Source of the DNA: an uncultured delta proteobacterium
GTDB lineage: Bacteria; Desulfobacterota; Zymogenia; Zymogenales; Zymogenaceae
Reading direction: 5' to 3'
Assembly (NCBI GenBank): GCA_963792965.1
Contig: CAWBYW010000011.1
Span: forward strand, 32,001 to 96,000
Length of the DNA: 64,000 bases
Position 1 is the first letter of the stretch. Each line of letters opens with the position of its first letter. The notes beneath the pieces are model-generated. The model saw only the letters and a program-made list of their open reading frames with translations. It was not told the DNA's origin and did no database searches. The translations under genes were made by a program, and so were the position numbers. Below, piece by piece: positions 42,443 through 52,786 of the stretch.

Positions 42443-42603
42443 TCTATCTTCTCCCGTGTATTGACTGACGCACAGTGGGAACGGCAAGGTGAGAATCAAA
42501 TCAGAGAGGGAGGTCTCCTCTCGTCTCTCTCCGCACGAGTCGGAAGGCTGGACAGAGCCAAGAGGAGACCTCAAAATAGGGGGTCGTGTCTCATCGATCC
42601 CCT

Positions 42604-43705
42604 CTACTCGAAATACGCCATCTCCACCCCGCGATCGCGCAGCCCCTTCAGGAAGGGCTCCGGGTCCTTGAGGAGACGCTCGGGGGCGTAGACGCCGCCG
42701 GGCAGGTCCTTGAACTTCCCTTTCGTGAGCCACACGGCCGCCTGTAGGCACGGCGCCGAGGTGATGTGCGCGATGTGGCCGACGTAGGTGTAGTGGACCC
42801 GCTTCTCCTTCCCCTTGTGCGTTCCCCACACCTCGACATACCCCACGGATTTGTCCGGCGCGCTGTCGCTCTGGAACAGCGGGAGGATCGGCTTGACGAC
42901 GGCAAAGAGGCGCCGCCGGCGTACGTCGGTCTGGGTGAGGCGCAGCGCCGCCAGGAAGCGGACGGTCATGACGTCGAAGACCGGCCTTACCCCGCCGTGG
43001 ACGCTGACGTATTTCAGACCCTTGAGGTTTTTCGGCAGGCTCACCGACTCGGCGTGGCCGGTGTAAAAAACGGGGAGCCTCCCGATAGGCGGCGGAAAGT
43101 CAACGATCTTCTTGCCCTTGCCGCACGGGACATATTGTTCGTGCCCGTCGCGCCACTGGAGCGTCTTCCCCGATAGGAGGTGAAACAGGTGCAGGATGTT
43201 GGCAGGCCCCACCGGCTCGTTTGACCCGGCCGCCCAGTTGACCGATATCCCCTCGGGGGCGTCCATCGTCAGGTAACCCTTCTTCGACAGGATCTGGGTG
43301 AGGCCCGGGGAGTTGCCGAAGCCGCTGAGTATCTTGACGCCCTTCTTCTTCGCCCTTCCGTCGAGCTTCTCGACGGCAAGGTAGGCGTCGTAATCGTCGG
43401 CGATCGAGATGTAGTCTACGCCGGCGTCGATGGCGGCGTCGGCCACGGGCGCCTCGAACCGGTAGAAAGGGCCGACGTAGCTGATAACGACGTCGTTTCC
43501 CTTCATAAGCTTCACCAGACCCTCACGGTCCGTGACGTCGGCTTTAGCGGCCGAGAACTTCTTGCCGTGGGCCGCCGCCTTTCTCTTTTGCCTTTTGCTC
43601 GTCGAGGTCGGCAACGACGACCGACGTGACGTCGGCATCCTTTTCCATCAACTCGAGCATGGTCGCGGCCATGTCCCCAGCACCGCCCAAGAACAGAATT
43701 TTCAC
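42604..43705 (-). CDS. saccharopine dehydrogenase-like oxidoreductase, frameshift near 43590
   Basis: GTG start after GGAGG; KILFLGGAGDM Rossmann motif; VGPFYRF, DYISIADD, GFGNSPG, GGVYAPE. Confidence 0.85.
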
Positions 43706-43752
43706 GATAATACCTCCTATTAATCAGGTGAACGAAATCGACTATATGTGCC

Positions 43753-44154
43753 TTACTTCTTCTTCTGTGAGAAGTAGGCCTTCATCGGGGTGAAGTAGAA
43801 ATCGATCCACCCCTGCTTGTAGTTCTCACCCTGGCCGTCCGGGATGTTCGTATGGACGAGGGTGATTTTCGTGCCCTCCTTGACTTCTTCAAGGATCACC
43901 TCTATCTCCGAGTCGGGGGCATCGTCCGGGAACTCGGTGGTGCGCCACGCCTGGACGATACGCGTGAACGGCTCAACAAGGATCGTCGTCCCCGAGATAT
44001 AGTCGTCCCAGGCGGTGAACTTTCCGCCGACCCGACCGTCGACGACGGCCTTTGACCCCGTGAAGGCGCTGTGTTTTTCGCTGTCGAGCCAGGCCTCATA
44101 GATCACTTTCGGCTTTGCCGGCAGCACATCAGAGACTTTTATTCGGTCCGCCAT
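43753..44154 (-). CDS. SRPBCC/AHSA1-like protein
   Basis: IYEAWLD...H.AFTG, GGKF.AWD.YI.G, IVQ.WR, GW..FYF.PMK.YF. Confidence 0.9.
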   Translation of the reverse strand: MADRIKVSDVLPAKPKVIYEAWLDSEKHSAFTGSKAVVDGRVGGKFTAWDDYISGTTILVEPFTRIVQAWRTTEFPDDAPDSEIEVILEEVKEGTKITLVHTNIPDGQGENYKQGWIDFYFTPMKAYFSQKKK

Positions 44155-44340
44155 GGTCGTTCCCTCCTGTGTGAATTCCGATATTAAAATAATACGCCGT
44201 TTTTGTGGCGGGGTCAATGAAGCAAGATAGGGGAGACGAAAAAAGGGGGAAGCGGCTGAAATCGGCAAGGACTCGGGTTGCATATTCCAGCGTCCCGTGC
44301 TATACAGAAATGAACAGATTTTTCATTCATGAGGTGTGCC

Positions 44341-46025
44341 ATGAATCGCAAGAGGTTTATAGCGTTAGTTCCCTTGCTGCTCGTCGTTGCATTCTTCGCG
44401 GCGTCCTGTGCAATCATCACGCCCGTACCGGTCGGGGCAAAGCACCTGGCCATCGTCGATACGTCCGACATCCACAGCTTCGTGCTCCCCTATGAGGCGA
44501 CCGTTATCAAGGACGACGGTACCCAGGTGAAAATGCTCATCGGCGGGATGGACCATATCGCCGCCGTCGCAAAGCGGGAACGGGAAGTAACAGACGGGAC
44601 GCTTCTGGTCGCCTCCGGCGACATTCTCATGGGTAATTTCTACCGGATATTCGGCGGCGTTCCCGAGATCACCTCCATGAACCTGTCCGGCTACGACGTG
44701 GTGACGCCCGGCAACCACGACTTCGACTTCGGGGTCGACTTCTACAAAAAGGCCATGAAGAACGCCGCGTTTCCCATAGTCTGCTCGAACATTACTTTTG
44801 AGGACAAGGAGCTTTCCTCCCGAGTGGTCCCCTACATCATTAAGGAGGTTGGAGGGATAAAAGTCGGCATCTTCGGGCTCATGACGCCGGACCTTGTCCG
44901 GGTGTCGTCCGTGGGACCGACCGTCACCGTCGATCCCGACCTGACGTCGGTCTCGATCGAGATGGTCAGGACGCTCAGGGAGAAGGGCGCCGATATCGTC
45001 GTCGCGCTTACCCACACGGGCAAGCTCCTGGACGAAGACCTCGCGCGGGAGGTCGCGGGCATAGACATCATTGTCGGTGGCCACAGCCATGACACCTTTT
45101 ACGAGAAGATCAAGGGCCCCAACGGCTGGAAGACGGTCATCGTCCAGGCGGGGGTATACGGCAGGGAGGCGGGGGTCCTCTCGTTTGACGTCGCCGGCGG
45201 ACGGGTGACCAGGTCCCGCTGGGAGTTGGTTCTCATGGATGCGGAGGCGGGCAGTGATCCGACCGTGGCCGCGTACCTGTCACCCTATAAAGCCAAGATG
45301 GAGGAGAGCCTGAAACGGCCCGTCGGCGAGACGCTTGTGGACCTCGACGCCATGTCCGCCGACGTTCGATCGAAGGAAAACAACCTCGGCGATCTCGTCG
45401 CTGATGCGTGGGCGGACCGGTTCGCAAGAAAGGGCAACCACATCCCATCGTCCTGATCAACGGGGGCGCGATCCGAGGCGACACGACCTTCAAGAAGGGG
45501 CCCATAACCTACGGGGACCTTCTAACGATCCATTCCATCGCCAATACGATCTATGAGGTCAGCCTCACGGGCAAGACCCTCCTTTCCGTGCTCGAGATGA
45601 GCGCATCGGCAATCCGCGTTGCGGGCGACGGCTGCCTCGAGGGGGAGCGTGTCCCCACGGGCGGTTTTCTGCAGGTGAGCGGCCTCAGGATGGTGATCAA
45701 TTCGGTGGGTCGGCCGTTCTGCGCCGAGTTCGAGGGGAAAGACCTGAAGCAGATCATCTTCCCGGGAGAGCGGCTCGTCCGGGCCGAGGTCATGGAGAAC
45801 GGGAAGTGGGTGCCGGTCAGGGGAGACAGGACCTATACGGTCCTGGTCACCTCATGGACCGCGGGGGGTGGCGATGGGTACTTTCCCTTCATGACCGCCA
45901 AGAAAAAGGACACGAAGGTAGATATCGTCGATGTCCTGTCCGCGTACATCAAAAAGAGGAGTCCCGTCAACCCGGTGACGGACGGGAGGATCGTGATCGA
46001 GGGGATGCCCGGAGGGGAGAAATAG
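44341..46025 (+). CDS. 5'-nucleotidase/UDP-sugar hydrolase lipoprotein, frameshift near 45430
   Basis: Lipobox AASC; SDIH, GD, GNHDFD, THTG, GGHSH; C-terminal NGGAIR, LQVSGL, GGDGY. Confidence 0.9.
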
Positions 46026-46048
46026 GACTCGATAAGGGGAAAAAAGAA

Positions 46049-46072
46049 GGCCGGGACGATTTCGTCCCGGCC
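46049..46072. terminator. terminator hairpin between convergent genes
   Basis: GGCCGGGACG-ATTT-CGTCCCGGCC preceded by an A-tract. Confidence 0.7.
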
Positions 46073-46215
46073 TCTCCGTTTAGTCTCGCTTCATTCGTTG
46101 TGCAACCGGCATTCAGGGATATCTTACCATCCCATACGCATCGCAGTCAGCCGTTCGTGCTCGGTTTAATATTTACTGTGCCGCATGTCCCGATCGAAAG
46201 GCATACGAAAAGGAG

Positions 46216-46506
46216 TCACCGTGACAGCAGCTCTTTTACCTCCTGTTTCCCTTCGTCGAGCTCTCTTTGTTGCTCCTTATCCGATTCCAAGAGGAGGGTA
46301 AGAAATTCGCCGACGTGCTCCTTTTCTTCCTTGGCGACGTCAAGGAGGACGCGCCTGATCCGCTTGTCGCCCGAAAGCGCCGCCATCTGCTCGTAGAGGT
46401 TTATCGCGTCAAGCTCGGCGATAATCCCGGCTCGGAGGATCTCGTTATCGATATCCTCTCTCTTTATTTTTTCCAGATCAATAGGTACCTTGGATAGCAT
46501 CTTCAC
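46216..46506 (-). CDS. small ferritin-like (rubrerythrin-type) protein
   Basis: AELDAINLYEQ.A...D.AKEEKEH.GEF di-iron ligands. Confidence 0.88.
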   Translation of the reverse strand: MKMLSKVPIDLEKIKREDIDNEILRAGIIAELDAINLYEQMAALSGDKRIRRVLLDVAKEEKEHVGEFLTLLLESDKEQQRELDEGKQEVKELLSR

Positions 46507-46576
46507 CCCCGATATGAAATTGTGTATATAAGAAAAGATACGTTACAGGCGGCGTGCGCGTCGGCACAGGGTCATC

Positions 46577-48244
46577 TCAGGTCGATTCCCATTTCTTCAA
46601 TATCTCCATCACCTCCTGCGGTGTCTCGGCGGTCCTGAGGAGATCGACAAGGTAGCGCTGCCGTGCGGCGCCGCTGGCCACGCTCAGGACCCTCACCTGC
46701 AAGTCCGGCATGTGGGCCGGGGTCAGGATCAGGAAAATGAGCTCGATCGGCTTTTCGACCTCGACCCCTTCCACCCCCCACTGGGCGATCCCGAGGGCGA
46801 GGACGGCACGGTCAAGCCCGCTCAGCCGCACGTGGGGGAAGGCGGTACCCTCGTTGAAGAAGGTCGACCCCTGTTGCTCCCGGACGAGAAGTGCATCGAG
46901 CACGTTCTTCCATTCTTCCTTTAGTCCGGCATCTTCGCATGATTTCTTGACCAGCTCGCGCAATGCGTCGTCCTTCTTTACGGGCTTTTTCCAGATGACG
47001 ATCCGCCCGGTCGTCAAGAGGGCGCTGAGCGACGTCCCCGTATCTCTTTGTTCGGGGACGAGTGGCGGCTTCTTGCTGAAGATGCTCAACACTCTTTTCG
47101 TCCCGGACGGCAGATTCTCGTCGTGAGTATCAAGCACGATGATCGTGATGTCCTGAGCATTTTGGATGAGCCTTCCCACGACGGACTCTTTTCCCATGAG
47201 CCTCTCATAGAAGGGGAGTACGGTGGGTGTGCCCACAACAATATGTCCCACCCGATACTCCCTGGCGAACTGGAGGATCGTCCCGGAGATATCGGTACCT
47301 TTGAAGGTGAAAACGATCGCCCCAAGCTGCTTTGCCAGCGTGAGTGTATCGGAGAGCACTCGCTGAGTATGGGCGTCAATCGCGGTCGGTTCCTCATGCG
47401 GGGCCTGGACGTAGAGGGCATACCAGTTGCGGTTGAGTCTTCCCGCCAGGCGCGACGCGTAGCGGAGGAGCTTCTCACTCTTGGGGCTTCGAGAGCTCAG
47501 GCATACCATGACCTGATCCGGCGCGGCGGGCGCCTCCTCCTCGAAGGGCTCGCGCTGTCTAATGTCGATCTGGGAGGCAAGCTCCCTGAGGGTCAGCTCT
47601 CTGAGCTGGTCGAGGTTGGGCCGAGTAAAGAAGTTTTCAGAGGCCGTCTGGATTCGATCCTTCGGATAGATTTTCCCCTCCCTCAGACGCTTGATCAAAT
47701 CTTCCGCGGTCAGGTCGATATTGACAATCTGGTCGGCTTCGGCAAGTACGGTGTCGGGGATTCGCTCGCGCACCTTCACGCCCACGAGCCGCTCGACAGT
47801 ATCGTAGAGGCTTTCGATATGCTGGACGTTGAGGGTGCTGACGACATGGATCCCGGAGGCGAGGATGTCCTGAACATCCTGATATCGTTTCGTGTTTCTG
47901 CTCCCCGGAACGTTGGTATGGGCAATCTCGTCGATGAGCGCAATCTCGGGCTTCCGCGCGATGACTGCGTCACAGTCCATCTCCTCGACTCTTATTCCCC
48001 GGTATTCTATGGCGCGCCGTGGAACTACCTCCAGTCCTTCGACGAGCCGGGCCGTTTCCGGCCGCCCATGGCTTTCCACGAGGCCCACGACCACGTCCAG
48101 CCCCTCCTTGAGGAGCTGGTGGCCTTCCTGGAGCATCTGGTACGTCTTTCCCACCCCGGCGCAGTAGCCCAGATAGATCTTGAGCCTTCCGCGCTGCGAG
48201 CGCCTGATCATCCGCAGGAAATTATCCGCTCTGCTTTCAAACAT
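46577..48244 (-). CDS. kdpD: KdpD N-terminal sensor + Usp + PTS EIIA domain fusion (no TM or kinase domain)
   Basis: GRLKIYLG..AGVGKTY.ML, DE.AHTN.PGS, TLNVQH.ESL; Usp segment; C-terminal RE...ST....G.AFPH.R. Confidence 0.88.
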   Translation of the reverse strand: MFESRADNFLRMIRRSQRGRLKIYLGYCAGVGKTYQMLQEGHQLLKEGLDVVVGLVESHGRPETARLVEGLEVVPRRAIEYRGIRVEEMDCDAVIARKPEIALIDEIAHTNVPGSRNTKRYQDVQDILASGIHVVSTLNVQHIESLYDTVERLVGVKVRERIPDTVLAEADQIVNIDLTAEDLIKRLREGKIYPKDRIQTASENFFTRPNLDQLRELTLRELASQIDIRQREPFEEEAPAAPDQVMVCLSSRSPKSEKLLRYASRLAGRLNRNWYALYVQAPHEEPTAIDAHTQRVLSDTLTLAKQLGAIVFTFKGTDISGTILQFAREYRVGHIVVGTPTVLPFYERLMGKESVVGRLIQNAQDITIIVLDTHDENLPSGTKRVLSIFSKKPPLVPEQRDTGTSLSALLTTGRIVIWKKPVKKDDALRELVKKSCEDAGLKEEWKNVLDALLVREQQGSTFFNEGTAFPHVRLSGLDRAVLALGIAQWGVEGVEVEKPIELIFLILTPAHMPDLQVRVLSVASGAARQRYLVDLLRTAETPQEVMEILKKWEST

Positions 48245-48250
48245 ATTTCT

Positions 48251-48826
48251 TTAGTTAAGCTCGTCAAGAGCCAGATTGAGTTTTACGATATTGACGCGCG
48301 GCCGTCCGAGTATCCAAAGGCCGCGACCTTCGATATGGGCCGTGATCATCTCACGGACGAAGAGCTCGGTGAGCCCGCGCGCCTTGGCGACCCTCTTTGC
48401 CTGAAGCAGGGCGTTTTCGACGCTGATATGCGGATCAAGGCCGCTGCCCGAGGCGGTGACGGCATCGACAGGTATCGGACTGTCGGGGGCGAGTCCGTTT
48501 TCCTGCCGGTAGAGTGACGCGCGCTCGCCGATCGAATCGATGAGTTTTTTCGACAACGGGCCGAGATTACTTCCCCCCGAGCCGGATGGGTTATACTCCA
48601 CGGCGGAGGGGCGGGGATGGAAGTAGTTCTCTCCCTTAAAAGGCTGGGCGAGCAACTCGCTGGCGATGGTCTTACCTCCAGCGGTAATCAACGATCCCTC
48701 CGCCTTGGCGGGGAACAAGACGTGGGCAACCCCCCACACGACGAGCGGGTAGACCCCACACGTCACTACAGCGATAATGGCCGTGATGATACAGGCCCTC
48801 TTAATCTCCACAAGCAGGCTCTTCAT
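48251..48826 (-). CDS. kdpC: K+-transporting ATPase subunit C
   Basis: YF.PRPSA, SGGSNLGP, TASGSGLDPHIS. Confidence 0.96.
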   Translation of the reverse strand: MKSLLVEIKRACIITAIIAVVTCGVYPLVVWGVAHVLFPAKAEGSLITAGGKTIASELLAQPFKGENYFHPRPSAVEYNPSGSGGSNLGPLSKKLIDSIGERASLYRQENGLAPDSPIPVDAVTASGSGLDPHISVENALLQAKRVAKARGLTELFVREMITAHIEGRGLWILGRPRVNIVKLNLALDELN

Positions 48827-48841
48827 TGCCGTCTTTCTCCC

Positions 48842-50863
48842 TTACAGATGAGAAAGAAAAGTGATACAGAGATCGATCAACTTGATCCCCACGAATGGGG
48901 CGACGATGCCGCCCATTCCGTATATGAGAAGGTTGCGCCGGAGGAGACTCTCGGCGCTCAACGGCCGAAACCTAACCCCTTTGAGCGCGAGGGGTATCAG
49001 GGCGACGATGATCAGGGCGTTGAAGATGACCGCGCTCAGCACAGCGCTTTGAGGCGAGGTGAGACCCATGATGTTAAAAGGGGCGATCACCGGGAACGAT
49101 CCGACGAGCATTGCCGGGATGATGGCGAAATATTTTGCCACGTCGTTGGCGACCGAAAAAGTAGTCAGCGCCCCGCGCGTCATCAACATCTGTTTGCCGG
49201 TCTCGATAATCTCGATGAGCTTGGTCGGGTTTGAATCGAGGTCCACCATGTTCCCCGCTTCCTTGGCGGCCTGCGTGCCCGTATTCATGGCAACACCCAC
49301 GTCGGCCTGGGCCAAGGCGGGCGCATCGTTGGTGCCGTCTCCGGTCATGGCGACGAGATGCCCGACGCCCTGCTCGTTGCGGATAAGAGAGAGCTTATCC
49401 TCGGGCCTTGCCTCCGCAAGAAATTCATCCACGCCCGATTCTTTCGCGATGGCCTGTGCGGTAAGCCGGTTGTCTCCGGTAATCATTACGGTCTTTATCC
49501 CCATGGCGCGAAGGCGCATGAACCGGTCGCTGATTCCCCCCTTGACGATGTCCTTGAGGTGAATGACGCCGAGGCATTCATTGTTTCGTGCCACGACGAG
49601 GGGTGTCCCGCCGGAGCCGGCGATTGCGGCCACGCACCGCTCGGTCTCGGGAGGGAAGTCGGCGCCAATAAAAGTGCGAACAGCGTCGGCCGCTCCCTTT
49701 CGGATGATTTCCCCGCCCATGTCCACACCGCTCATCCTGGTCTGCGCCGAGAACCCGATGAAAACGGCGCCCGGCAGCTCCGCGATCGATCTGCCCCTGA
49801 GGCCGTATTGCTTGGCCAAAACGACAATGCTCCTCCCCTCGGGCGTTTCGTCGGCCAGGGAGGCAAGCTGCGCCGCCTCCGCGAGCCGTTCAATGGAGAC
49901 ACCCGGGGCCGGAGTGAGCTCGACGGCCTGCCGGTTGCCGAGCGTGATGGTCCCGGTTTTGTCCAGGAGCAATACGTCCACATCTCCTGCCGCCTCCACC
50001 GCTCGTCCGCTCATGGCCAACACGTTTTTTTGGAATAACCGGTCTATGCCGGCGATCCCGATCGCCGAGAGGAGCCCGCCGATCGTGGTGGGAATGAGGC
50101 AGACGAGGAGCGACACGAGGATCGTCACCGAGAGTGGAACGGCCAGATAGACCCCGAAGAATTTCAGCGTGATCACCGCGATCAAAAATATTATCGTCAG
50201 GGCCGCAAGGAGGATCGTCAGGGCGATTTCGTTGGGAGTCTTCTGGCGCTGGGCGGCCTCGACCAGGAGAATCATCCGATCCAGGAAGCTCTCCCCGGGG
50301 TTTGACGTCACGCTAACCTTAATCATGTCCGACAGCACCCGTGTCCCCCCGGTGACGGCGCTCCTATCCCCGCCCGCCTCCCGGATGACCGGGGCCGATT
50401 CCCCCGTAATCGCGGATTCGTCGACCGTTGCGGCACCCTCGATGACGTCGCCGTCGGCCGGGATGATCCCGCCCGCGGAAACGATCACGAGGTCGCCCTT
50501 CCGTAGCTTCTCGGCGGGGATCTCCTCGGTGGCGCCGTCGGACCGCACACAGGTCGCCGTCGTTCTCGATCGTGTTTTTCTCAGCGCGCTGGCCTGCGCC
50601 TTTCCTCGGCCCTCGGCCATCGCCTCGGCGAAGTTGGCAAAGAGCACCGTAAACCAGAGCCAGAGCGCAATCTGGAGTACGAACGAAAATGACTCCCTAC
50701 CGCCGGGGATAAAGAGACCGATGGTGACGATCAGCGCGCCTATCTCGGTGACGAACATGACCGGGTTTTTCGCCATGTGCCGGGGGTTGAGCTTGGCGAC
50801 GGCATCGACGGTCGCCCGCCCCAGAATCGCCCGGTCGAAGATGGAGAACTCAATCTTGGCCAC
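48842..50863 (-). CDS. kdpB: K+-transporting ATPase subunit B
   Basis: [39 protein letters not shown]. Confidence 0.97.
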   Translation of the reverse strand: MAKIEFSIFDRAILGRATVDAVAKLNPRHMAKNPVMFVTEIGALIVTIGLFIPGGRESFSFVLQIALWLWFTVLFANFAEAMAEGRGKAQASALRKTRSRTTATCVRSDGATEEIPAEKLRKGDLVIVSAGGIIPADGDVIEGAATVDESAITGESAPVIREAGGDRSAVTGGTRVLSDMIKVSVTSNPGESFLDRMILLVEAAQRQKTPNEIALTILLAALTIIFLIAVITLKFFGVYLAVPLSVTILVSLLVCLIPTTIGGLLSAIGIAGIDRLFQKNVLAMSGRAVEAAGDVDVLLLDKTGTITLGNRQAVELTPAPGVSIERLAEAAQLASLADETPEGRSIVVLAKQYGLRGRSIAELPGAVFIGFSAQTRMSGVDMGGEIIRKGAADAVRTFIGADFPPETERCVAAIAGSGGTPLVVARNNECLGVIHLKDIVKGGISDRFMRLRAMGIKTVMITGDNRLTAQAIAKESGVDEFLAEARPEDKLSLIRNEQGVGHLVAMTGDGTNDAPALAQADVGVAMNTGTQAAKEAGNMVDLDSNPTKLIEIIETGKQMLMTRGALTTFSVANDVAKYFAIIPAMLVGSFPVIAPFNIMGLTSPQSAVLSAVIFNALIIVALIPLALKGVRFRPLSAESLLRRNLLIYGMGGIVAPFVGIKLIDLCITFLSHL

Positions 50864-50875
50864 TGCCCCAATCCT

Positions 50876-52599
50876 CTAAAAGAGTATAGTGGAGAACTTC
50901 ATCAAAAAGTGCTCAAGTATCGGTCCCAGAGAGAGCGCCGGCAGGAACGTGAGGGCGCCGACTATCAGCACCACGCCCGTCAGGAGACAGACAAAGGTGA
51001 TGCCCCAGACGGGGAAACTACCGCTGCTGGGTGGGATCAGCCGCTTCTTCGCGAGATTTCCCGCAAGCGCCAGGACCGGAATAATAAACAGAATCCGCCC
51101 GGAGAGCATGGCAAGCCCGAGGGTGATGTTATACCAGGGGGTATCGCCGTTGATACCGGCAAAGGCGCTCCCGTTGTTTCCCGTGCACGAGGAAAAGGCG
51201 TAGAGTATCTCCGAAAAGCCGTGGGGGCCGGCATTACTCACGCCGCTCTTGCCCCAGTCGGTTACGACGGCCCATGCGGAAAACCCAAGTATCGACAACG
51301 TCAGGATCAGAATCGCGATAACGGCGGCCTTGACGTCGTAGGCCTCGATCTTTTTGCCGAGATATTCGGGTGTCCGGCCGACCATCAGGCCGGCGAGGAA
51401 CACGGTCAGGACGACGAAGACGAGCATCCCGTAAAGCCCCGAGCCCACGCCGCCGAAAATCACTTCGCCCAGCTCAATGTTGAGCAGCGGGACGAGGCCG
51501 CCGAGGGGAGTGAAGGAATCGTGCATGGCATTAACCGCGCCGCAGGAAGCGTCCGTCGTGACGGTCGCAAACAGGGCGGAATCGAAGATCCCGAACCTGA
51601 CCTCTTTCCCCTCCATGTTTCCGCCCGCGGGATCGACCCCTAAGGCGGTGATGCGTGGGTTGCCGGCGGACTCCGCCCACCAGCAGATGGAGAGGCCCAA
51701 CAGGAACAGGATCAGCATGGACTTCCAGACGGCCCATCCGTGTCTCTTGCTATTTACCATAAGACCGAAATAGTAGGTCAGGCCGCTCGGTATGAGGAAA
51801 ATGGCCAACATCATGACGAAATTCGACAGGGGGGTCGGGTTTTCGAGGGGGTGGGCGGCATTGGCGTTCATGAACCCCCCGCCGTTGGTGCCGAGCATCT
51901 TGATGGCGTCCTGAGACGCGAGCGGGCCCTCGGCGATTGCGTAGGTCGTTGACGGGTCCCCAACGGCCGTTATCTTAATATATGAGCTGAAATTCTGAAT
52001 CACCCCCTGGGAGACGAGAAAAACGGCCAGGATGAGCGAGAGGGGGAGCAACAGGAACAGGGTGCTCCGCACGAGATCGATCCAGAAGTTGCCGATCATC
52101 TGTGTGGTCTGACGGCTTATGCCCCTGGCCAGCGCGGCGGCAACCCCGAGACCTACCGCCGCCGACGTGAAATTATGGAGGACCAGCCCCACCATCTGGG
52201 AAAAATAGGAGAGGGTCGATTCCCCGGAATAGTTCTGCCAATTCGTATTGGTCGTGAAGCTCGCTGCGGTGTTGAAGGCAAGGCCCGGCTCAACCGGACC
52301 AAACCCCTCGGGGTTCAGGGGCAGAATATGCTGAAGGCGGAGGATCGCGTAGGTAAACAAAAGGGATACGAGGCTGAAGGCGATCAGCGAAAAGGCGTAC
52401 TGCTTCCAGTCCTGTTCCTTTCCGGGATCTATCCCCACCACCCGATAAATCGCCCGCTCGATGGGTCCGCAAAAGAAAATCGAGGAACGTCTTCGCCCGA
52501 CGGATCCAGGACACGTCGGAGATAGGCTCCCATCGGTTTGGTGAGGACAATAAGCAGGATCACAAAGAGCGCCAGCTCGCACAAACTATAGATATCCAT
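50876..52599 (-). CDS. kdpA: K+-transporting ATPase subunit A, frameshift(s) near 52490
   Basis: FNTAASF.TNTNWQ.Y, LGTNGGG, GGVGSG, GLMVGRTPEYLGKK, NNGSAF; N-terminus MDIYSL..KPMG.Y in another frame. Confidence 0.95.
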
Positions 52600-52615
52600 G
52601 CCTGTCTCCCTGCCC

Positions 52616-52699
52616 TTAGAATCGCTCGGGGCGCGCGATGACGAAAAGTAAGAAGATGATGAGCCCGACCCCGATGATGCCGACAATCGTGTCAAACAT
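52616..52699 (-). CDS. kdpF: K+-transporting ATPase subunit F (MFDTIVGIIGVGLIIFLLFVIARPERF)
   Basis: 27-aa single TM ending RPERF directly upstream of kdpA. Confidence 0.9.
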   Translation of the reverse strand: MFDTIVGIIGVGLIIFLLFVIARPERF

Positions 52700-52702
52700 G
52701 AT

Positions 52703-52786
52703 CTATAACCTCTCGAACATGCGAATGAATAGTACGCAGAAAGAGAAGAAAAGAAGGATCAGGCAGATATAGATAATATCGATCAT
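52703..52786 (-). CDS. second small hydrophobic kdp-associated peptide (MIDIIYICLILLFFSFCVLFIRMFERL)
   Basis: 27-aa single TM upstream of kdpF; in frame with the kinase tail as assembled. Confidence 0.65.
   Translation of the reverse strand: MIDIIYICLILLFFSFCVLFIRMFERL

Noticed and set aside
41951-42829. 292-aa extended NUDIX ORF
   Set aside because: N-terminal part is an alternate frame of the upstream oxidoreductase; NUDIX domain starts at 42442
46216-46506. Ferritin-like protein as encapsulin cargo
   Set aside because: No encapsulin shell gene nearby and no C-terminal targeting peptide visible
47048-51643. Long plus-strand ORFs over the kdp genes, and similar ones elsewhere
   Set aside because: Antisense shadows of GC-rich coding genes
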